Assembly (NCBI GenBank): GCA_020536535.1
Contig: JAHLWZ010000992.1
Coordinates: forward strand, 1-32,263
Reading direction: 5' to 3'
Length of the DNA: 32,263 nucleotides
Source of the DNA: Pelomyxa schiedti
Lineage: Eukaryota > Protista > Evosea
Every line of letters starts with the position of its first letter. Position 1 is the first letter of the stretch. The notes under the pieces were generated by a model that saw only the letters and a program-made list of their open reading frames with translations, did no database searches and was not told where the DNA came from. Positions 24,533 to 32,263 of this stretch are shown here, piece by piece. A program made the position numbers and the translations under genes.

Positions 24533-27500
24533 ATGTCGACGGCTCGTCGCAGTATTATGTTGGGTTCATCGTCCTTCCTGGTAGGCCTGTTATTGCTTTT
24601 CTCCTTTTCCCCGTGAAGTTTTTTTTTTCTAACTCTGAGGGGTGGGATCAGGAATCACAATCCATGTCCCAGCAACTCCCCCTGCAGAGATCCTCCAGCG
24701 TCTCCTTCATGGAGACTTCCTCCTCGGCCTCTTCCTCGGCCACCTCGCCGCCCTCGGGCGCCACCCGCTCCCCCTCCGCCTCGTCCCCCTCGACCCCCAC
24801 CTCCCCGTCTCCGCTGACCTCCTCCGCCAACTCCTTCGTCACGCGGCGGCCCCAGGGCCTGGCCCCCTCGCCCAGCAATTCCAGCAGCTGGACCGCGAGC
24901 AGTAGTGGCGCGCCTCGGGTCCCAGCGCCGCGGCCCGTGGCGGCGACTGCGACTGGGACGGCCACGGCCACGACCACCGGGACTCCGAGTGCGAGTCCAA
25001 CGGGGGGAGCTTCTGACTCTGGCTCTGGCGTGGCTCTGTCGGCGTCGATGCCGAACCCCACTTTTGTGCACGCTACGCCGTCGGGAGGCGGGAATTATGG
25101 GAGGACTGGGAGCGAGGGCGGTGGCGGATGGGCTGTGACTGGCACATCGACTCCGTTGCTCACGAGACAATGTTCATTGCGTGTGTGTTGTTTTCTTTAG
25201 TGGAGTTGTTGTTGTTTTTTTTTTTTTTTTTTTTTGCTTGCTTTCTTGTTTGCTTATCGAGTGCGTTGGTTTCTTTTTCTTTTGTATGTCTTTACTGGAA
25301 CTCTATCTGGGTGTTATTGTGTTGTCCACTTATAATCCCACTGCTAGAAATGAACTCAAGTTCTACCGGGAGTTTGGAATCCCACTCTACACCTCCCCCA
25401 CCGTCGTCACCTCCTCCTGTTCCACTTTGTTTACAGGAGCCAGCACCTCCTCCAAATTTCCCCCAGCCTCCTTCCCAATCGACCCCTACACACTCAAATG
25501 AGCCCTCCTCCTTGGCTATTGCCCTGGCAGGAACCCCTCCTTGCCTCGCACCATCACCACCCCTTAGAGCATCAGCTGACCCCTCACTTTTAACCCAACA
25601 ACCTCGGCCTTTATCTCAAGGTACATCCAAGCGAACTTCAGCACCTCTTTTATCACCTTCATCAGTACCTTTACGACCTACCTCTCCAGCTCCAAGCCCA
25701 GTTTGTGCACCAGCTACAAACACTCATCAAGGAGAAGCTGTACTATCATTTTCAGAAACTCTGTTTCAACATCTTCCCGCCTCTGCATCTATGTTCAAAA
25801 GTGGACGCTTTAAGGTTAATGCACCGCAAGTTCAAGTGGAATTTGGCTATCATTTTAGTACTGTACCTTGTGTCAGTGCATGGATAACGGTTACACACAC
25901 TCTCACTATTGTGAAGTTACCAAAAGCCTTACTTGTTCCCTTCAACTCAGGTAAGCTGTGTCCGGCCTATTATTTTCTTAACACCCATCAAGAATTTCTT
26001 ATCATTTTACCGCCTGACAAGTATGACGAGTATAAAGGGATGCCTATTAACTGGCTTGCGTACACTCTCCCAAGTGACAATCCAATGCTGCTTGATTGCA
26101 TAAACAACATCCTTGCTGCCACTAAAGTTACCCCTCCCCTGTTAAAAAAAGTAGAAGACTGCATCATGGTGACTTTTCCTCCCTTTTTTTTTTTTTTTTT
26201 CACATTTGTTAGTCCGTGTCAGTGAATGCTGTAACTGTACGAGGGCTAACTATTCTCCATGCTGCATGTTCTTCTGGCCTCCTTGAATTAGTAAATATCA
26301 TTCTAGAGAAGAATCCCAATATTGATGCACAGGTCTGAGACTTCTTCTACACTGTGCATTACTCATTGATCATTCTTTATTTTAGGATGACCGTGGGTGT
26401 ACTCCTCTCATGTCATGGTTTTTTCCTCCTTGGTGTTCGTAATAGTTGACTGCGTTGTAGTTTGGATGCCCAAAATTACGATTGTGCTAGTGCCTTGCTT
26501 ATGAAAGGCTGCAAAACGAATGTTTTCAATAGCCGCAAAAGGGCTGCCATCCACATACTTCTTAGAAAAGCCTGTAATACACAGGAGAAACTATCTGTAG
26601 GTAGGGTATGGGCTGAAGAATTTTTTTTAATTCTGGTTGTCCTTTTTGGTGAAGGTTTTGAACTTATTACTGGCTTCTGGTGATCCAAATCTCCGTGTGC
26701 GTTTCTCAAAATATCGAAATCTTGCTCAGTTTATAGTCAGGATTGGGTGAAACTCCTCTTTTACTCGCGGTAACAGAACAATCGAATACAGAAGCCGTTA
26801 AACTTTTATTAGAGGCTGGGGCTGACCCCAGTATGTCTCTTCCGTGAGATTCATTTTATTGACAATCCAATAGATAATAAGTCAACCGAATTATCTCCTC
26901 TTTTCCTTGCTTCGTCTTTCCCTAATTGCCTTCCAAGTCTCGAACTCCTTCTTAGGTAGCCATAGAAGCCAAAACTTTCCTAACTGAGTTACAGCTATGG
27001 CGCGGATCCAAAGCTTGGCCCCACAAACAGCACATTCTGTGACGTGGCTACATCGTCCACTGAACTTTCTCAACTACTGGATAGATGGGAGAAGGGCCTT
27101 CTACCCAGACGTTATGCACATGCAGTATGTCCATGCAGTATTGAAGAGTCTTTAATTTATATGAAATAGAAATTGTTTTCAGCTGTGTCTAGTGTGGCTC
27201 AATCTATAAAATATGTGGCATCTGGAGGCGGGGGCAAAAATAAGCCCACCCTAGAAATTCTAAAAGCACTTAATGCAGCCACATCATCTTCTGAAGCACC
27301 ACAGTCTATTATCAACCCAGTCATTGAACGGTTTGAAGACACACTAGCACTGCCCGAGTTCCATGGACTAAGGTATCCATACTTCCTCTGTGCGGGGAGT
27401 TGACATAGAAAAGGGACTCCATAGCTAGTCAATTCAAAGTCTTCATCAAGGCAAAATACACCCTGAAGGACGAAGGTGACGCAGTCTACACTGTAATCAA

Positions 27501-28389
27501 CAAAATTATGGATCTAATTGACTCTCATCCAAAACGAAAGACATTGCCGGTTGCACCCCACTTTTATTTGTAGTTGCTGACTTTTCACTCACTAGGAACG
27601 TAAACCCCTCACAGAACAGGTATTCCCCACTCTCCTAATTTCCCCTTCCTGAAACGGCGTGTTTTCAAAGGTGAAGAGATATACGATGGAACAGTTGTAT
27701 ACACATATCTTTAACAAAAAAGAGCTCAAGGAGCAAGATGCAATCCTCGAAGAGAAAATATTAAAAATGCAACCATATGTAACCCCCAAGATGATTGAAA
27801 TGCGTGAAGGGTTGGATCACGACTTAATCCAAGTGTGTTACTGGGGGATGTCTTGCTTATTTAAAAAAAAACCTAGAGTGCAACCAAAGAACTTCTAGAA
27901 ATTGAGAATGTAAAAACTCCACAAGAAAAGTTGATTTGTATATTGAATTGCAGTAAAGTACGCACTTACCCTCACTGTGGGATTCCGTAACTCCTTTTTG
28001 TTAGGTTTTGGTTACTGTGCTGCAGAAAGCTGGAACAATTGCAGCAGCCGACGATTTGTTCCCGCTTTTTATGTACTTCTATTCATTCCCTTTTAACATT
28101 TGTACAAAGCACTCACTGAAATAGACACGTTGTTTTATATGCCAATGTACCCAATTTACATAGTCACTTTTCATTCATAGAACGGTTATCAGGTAACCTA
28201 GACTTTTACCCTTTGTATCCTCACTTCTATTTTCAGAAAATACTGCGTCAGCTAGCGAGGCGTTTTACTTTTTCACTACTATAACATGTGTAACGGCACA
28301 TATTGAAGGTATAATCCCTTTACACTTTCTTGCACTCACCTTCCTTAGAACAACTCTACAACGAAGTGTTCCCTGAAACAAAACCCTGA
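24533..28389 (+). CDS. Ankyrin-repeat and VPS9-domain protein (putative Rab5-family GEF), multi-exon
   Basis: Ankyrin motifs (GLTILHAAC..G.LELVNIILEKNPNIDAQ|DDRGCTPL, GETPLLLA...AVKLLLEAGADP). VPS9 motifs (KTPQEKLICILN, AADDLFPL, ANVPNLHS...FIE, EAFYFFTT). A short first exon 24533-24580 splices in frame to 24652. TGA at 28387-28389. Confidence 0.87.
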
Positions 28390-28490
28390 GGTTTCACTAC
28401 ACACAACTTCTTGTCTTGTATAAATTGAGTCATTTTTGTTTTCGTCATAAATTAAAGCCAATTTTGTACTGCTTTTGTTCTTTTTCAATC

Positions 28491-31400
28491 TCAAAAATCG
28501 TATAGGCTTGAAGGGACAGTATCCCTTCGCCCTTTACCCAACTCACAATCCCAAAGAAAATCGATAATAGTCTGCAGCCTAGCTGATGCGCCTGAAGTTT
28601 TTTTTGGTCAGTAATTACACAACACAGAAATTATCGACCTGGAATTCTGTCATCCCATTTAAGCCGGAGCATGACTTGTGTAACGGCGTCAGCTTTTGGT
28701 TGTCTTTGGTGGTCATGGAAGTAATCCCTTGTTCTCTGATGCAACCCTTTTTTGGATTGAGAACTTGCTTCGACGGAAAGTGTAGGAGTCCAACCTCTAA
28801 TGTAAGTGTCGCCAAATCGGAAGGAATACGTGCCACCCAGTTGGCGGTATTCTCTCTGAGAAACAATTACGAAATGTGTAATAATAATACCCCAAGACTC
28901 TCACCTCAATTTCACCACTTCTGGTTATTGCGGAACGGTAAGTCATTGCCCTCAAAACATTGAGACGGGCAGTACGGTGTAAGGCTGCGTCATCTGGATA
29001 AGCTTCTTCTCCCCAGACAGCCTTGTGAATTTAGTGGTGTTCAAGGTGGATACATTTGAATATACCCTTCGGTGTGTCTCTGAGTAGGGAAGACCACACC
29101 AGCATTTTGTTGAAGCTATGGCAGAAATTGGGTGTGATTTAATAAGAACGCGGCGAGTTTCTAGTTCCTTTTCTCTCCGCTTGTTGATTTCTTAGTAAAG
29201 AAAGTAATTCAGTGGTTTTACCTGTTTCTCTACCGCTGTTTGGGCGTTGGTTTGCTTGATGCGTGCAAGTTCGTTCCTAAATAAGTAGTGCATGGCTGCA
29301 CAGTAGATTTGATGAGGGTATTTGCTTGGATCCTTCCATTGCCACATAGTCACTGAATATGTCTTGGGAAACCAGCGTTTGTGTGCTGTTTGCAAAACTT
29401 AAGTTTTTCCCTAAATTGGCTAATACCTCTGAATGCATGTTGAATGCAATAGGCGCTACTATTGTTTACAATACTTTCCTGGGCGTTTCCAACAACAGAT
29501 GCCTGGAACAAGCTTGCCCAAACCTTGAATCTAGTTTAGAAATAGATCGTTGGATAAAATGTTATACAGTTTCTGGAGAACATAGTGCTTCAGAGGCCTC
29601 CTGTGCACAACTGCCCATAAGCTTGAGGATGCTGTTGAGCTGCTCTTGGGACCTAGGATTGTTGCACAGCATGGATTGATCTACTACTTCAAATATTGCA
29701 TGCAAGTCACCAAAAGATTCCTTTGCTTTATTGATGGCACAGATGGCCCTGACAGAGTTTTGAATGTCCTCAATAGAAAGAAACTCGGGGAAGTCATTTG
29801 CATTCAAATTTTCATTGCACAAACTGAAAATATAGTTGATGATAGTGAAGGCTACAGTTGTTGGAATTGTATGGGATAAGAACGGAGCTATTTTCTGGAA
29901 AGGTAATGAGTGAATAGAGTGTGCAAGGGTTGTGAACGCAGCATTCAGAAGATGTGGAGTTTTTGGGGAGGAAATAGCCGCTGAAAGCTTATCAGAAAAA
30001 ACTCCAACAAGGAGATGCTGCAGTGTTTTCAATTCCGCATTAGGATTTGATGCATTCCGTAGAATAAACGCCAGAGCACGAGAAAGAGAGTGATATAACA
30101 AGACAGCAGACAATTTTGAAGGATTAATGGCCTTCCGGCAGAGTAGAGCATTGGCTATGATTCCATGAAGGGAATTTTCAGCACTAACCCCCAGGGGGGT
30201 GTAGAGGACTTGTGCGATGTTTTGCTCAAATTGAGTATATTTTGGGGTACTTCCAGGATGCACCCTAAACTGTAAAAGGGCGTGAAGGGACCGCATTTCA
30301 TGGAGTAACATGAGCCAATTATCTGAGCTGTTGAGAAACAACGAATAAATAAAAGAGAGGATACCACTGGCGGCTCCTTGAATTGCAGAAAATCCTAAAG
30401 TTTGTGTGACTGTTTCCTCTAGTGGAGGCAGTGCTGGTTCAGACGCATCGTGGAATACAAAACCCATTGCGATGGGTGCCAACTGGCAACTCCTCTGGAA
30501 ATGCTATTGGAGATATACTACTGAGGACGCGCAAAACAAAAGATAGTATCTACCTCGGTGGAGAAATAGCAGGGGAGATAAGGAGCTTTTAATGGGCAAG
30601 ATTCAACGATGAGTGGTTTCTTGTATCGTTCAGAATGATTTGCCAAGAGTGTGAAAGACTTGAAACTTATGCAACCTTCACCTCGTTGAAGTTTCACAAT
30701 CATTCCGTGCTTAGTAGTCACCTCTTTTGCATAGAAAAAGTGAGCATCACCGTGGCTAGCCGAAAAATGAGCGTCTACAGAACATATCCTATCGATGGTG
30801 ATGGCTGTTCTTTCTGGGGAATAAACTTCTTTTGGCGGGGGTAGCAGGCTAAGATCATGCCAAACGGAATCAAATGTTGTGTCAGTATGACAGTGCATAT
30901 AAGTGGGCAGGTGTTGCCGTGAATCACCGAGAATGGCATTTACGCGAACATCAGTCATCTGGTGCTGCTCATAGTCATTAACAACATGAGAGAGTCTATC
31001 CGCTAGAATGTCAATAATGTCAAGGCCAGAGATTAGTTGAGCTCTGCATTCGGAAGATAGCGCAGATTCTTTTGGTAAAGCGTTTACCTGGACAAAATTA
31101 GTTGGGCACTGCAGGTTTGCTGTACTTGTCGAAGAAGCAAAATAAAATCTTCACAAGAGGCTCCACGGTATGGGGAAACTGTGGCAACTCTTGTTGGGGC
31201 AACATCTTTCCTCACAGTATCCAACAGCTCTCTCAGGGACTGGATATCAGCTGCACTAGCGTGGCCCGAAATACTCCTGGATTTTTGTCGAAGCCTGCAC
31301 GCTGCATAATCAAGTACAAAATTGTGGTGGCGGAAACTGGCAGGCAGAAGGGGTGTGGGAACCATTTGCACCATTGTTTCTTGCAATTCAGCCCCGGCCG

Positions 31401-32263
31401 TACTTAGTTCAATGCGTAGGGTAGGAGGGGGTGTTGTAGGCATTTTAGGCCCTGAAAGGAAAACGTAGTACAGCAATTCTGGTCCATTTAGTGGGAGCTT
31501 TGCTGGAATGGGCTCTAACAGAGAATAGGCTGGTGGCAGAAGCACTCTCAAAGAGCAAACTCCAGTGCCTTCCAACATCTCCCCCATCAAGGTGGCAAGT
31601 CGTGCTTTAAGTGTTTCAGTCCGATCTATATAGCAGTACCTGAAGTCAGATGTCACTAACGGAATTTTTATGGAACGATTTTACTTGTGGGACATAGCTT
31701 GACACTGCTCCGGATCATGGTCTGGTGAATATGCTGCCACATACACAAATACGTCAACGCCCACAGACCTCATTGAATCAATCATTGCATCGTAGTGTTT
31801 ACGGGCACTAGCAGTCGACGCCGCAGCATCCAACGTGCCATTTTTCCAAATAGATGTATCGTGTCCATCAGTGAACAGGAGGACACGCACATCAATCAAG
31901 TCGTGACTAATTCCAGCAAGTGTGGATGAAAGAGCTTCCCTTACAATGTCGGTGGTCATTCTGAATGCTGTTCTGAACATGGTCAAGTCGCTCTTTGGTT
32001 TGTGTTTAACGCGGAGCGCTTCGATTAGGCCATCATGCCCCCCAGTATAGGTCACCTTTGTTGCCTCCGTTGCATACACAACGGGGTATATATGGGTTGT
32101 TGTGCTGCTGAGCATCTCTGGGGTCAACACCAGTGACACACTGTCAACAACCAAGGGCCATGCACAGTCCATTGAGCCACTTCGGTCCAAGAGAAGTATC
32201 AATAGCCTGTGCCGTGAACTCGAAGCTGCTGGGAACGTTGTGTGAATGCCACAACGGATGAGG
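28491..32263 (-). CDS. Large multi-exon protein with N-terminal von Willebrand A domain; 5' end lies outside the window
   Basis: MIDAS motifs ILLLDRSGSM, T and VLLFTDGHD. Long coding blocks 31084-31656, 30518-30958 and 29562-30482 are joined by short introns. The hand-spliced last exon ends TVPSSLYDF with the stop at 28491-28493. Confidence 0.8.

Noticed and set aside
28615-28866. ORF-track translation MFLRENTANW... as the vWA gene's penultimate exon
   Set aside because: A different minus frame (EYRQLGG...GLHQRTRDYF...WDDRIP) splices in frame to the last exon and looks more plausible, though this needs cDNA confirmation.

Overview
Gene-dense eukaryotic DNA with many short (mostly about 40-70 nt) GT-AG introns, short intergenic gaps and GC-rich gene starts. 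The style and two lineage-specific ORFs suggest an amoebozoan protist such as Pelomyxa (inference from recall, not a search). Genes in order: RRM/RS/polyQ protein with a lineage-specific C-terminal domain (+); decayed VWA5A-like gene (-); pyridoxal kinase (-); bacterial-type class III PLP aminotransferase (-); ADA2/ADGF-type adenosine deaminase (+); lineage-specific protein (+); PH-ArfGAP (+); dual-specificity phosphatase (-); bacterial-type PI-PLC-like protein that lacks its catalytic histidines and may be GPI-anchored (-); TKL-like kinase (-); Pho80/U-type cyclin (-); ankyrin-VPS9 protein (+); large VWA protein running off the window end (-). Top leads: (1) an unusually long pyridoxal kinase intron with an 80-nt hairpin that covers cryptic 3' splice sites, a candidate vitamin-B6-linked splicing control element; (2) the pdxK / aminotransferase / deaminase trio as a possible metabolic cluster; (3) the pseudo-PI-PLC. 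All exon structures were spliced by hand, so they need RNA-seq confirmation.
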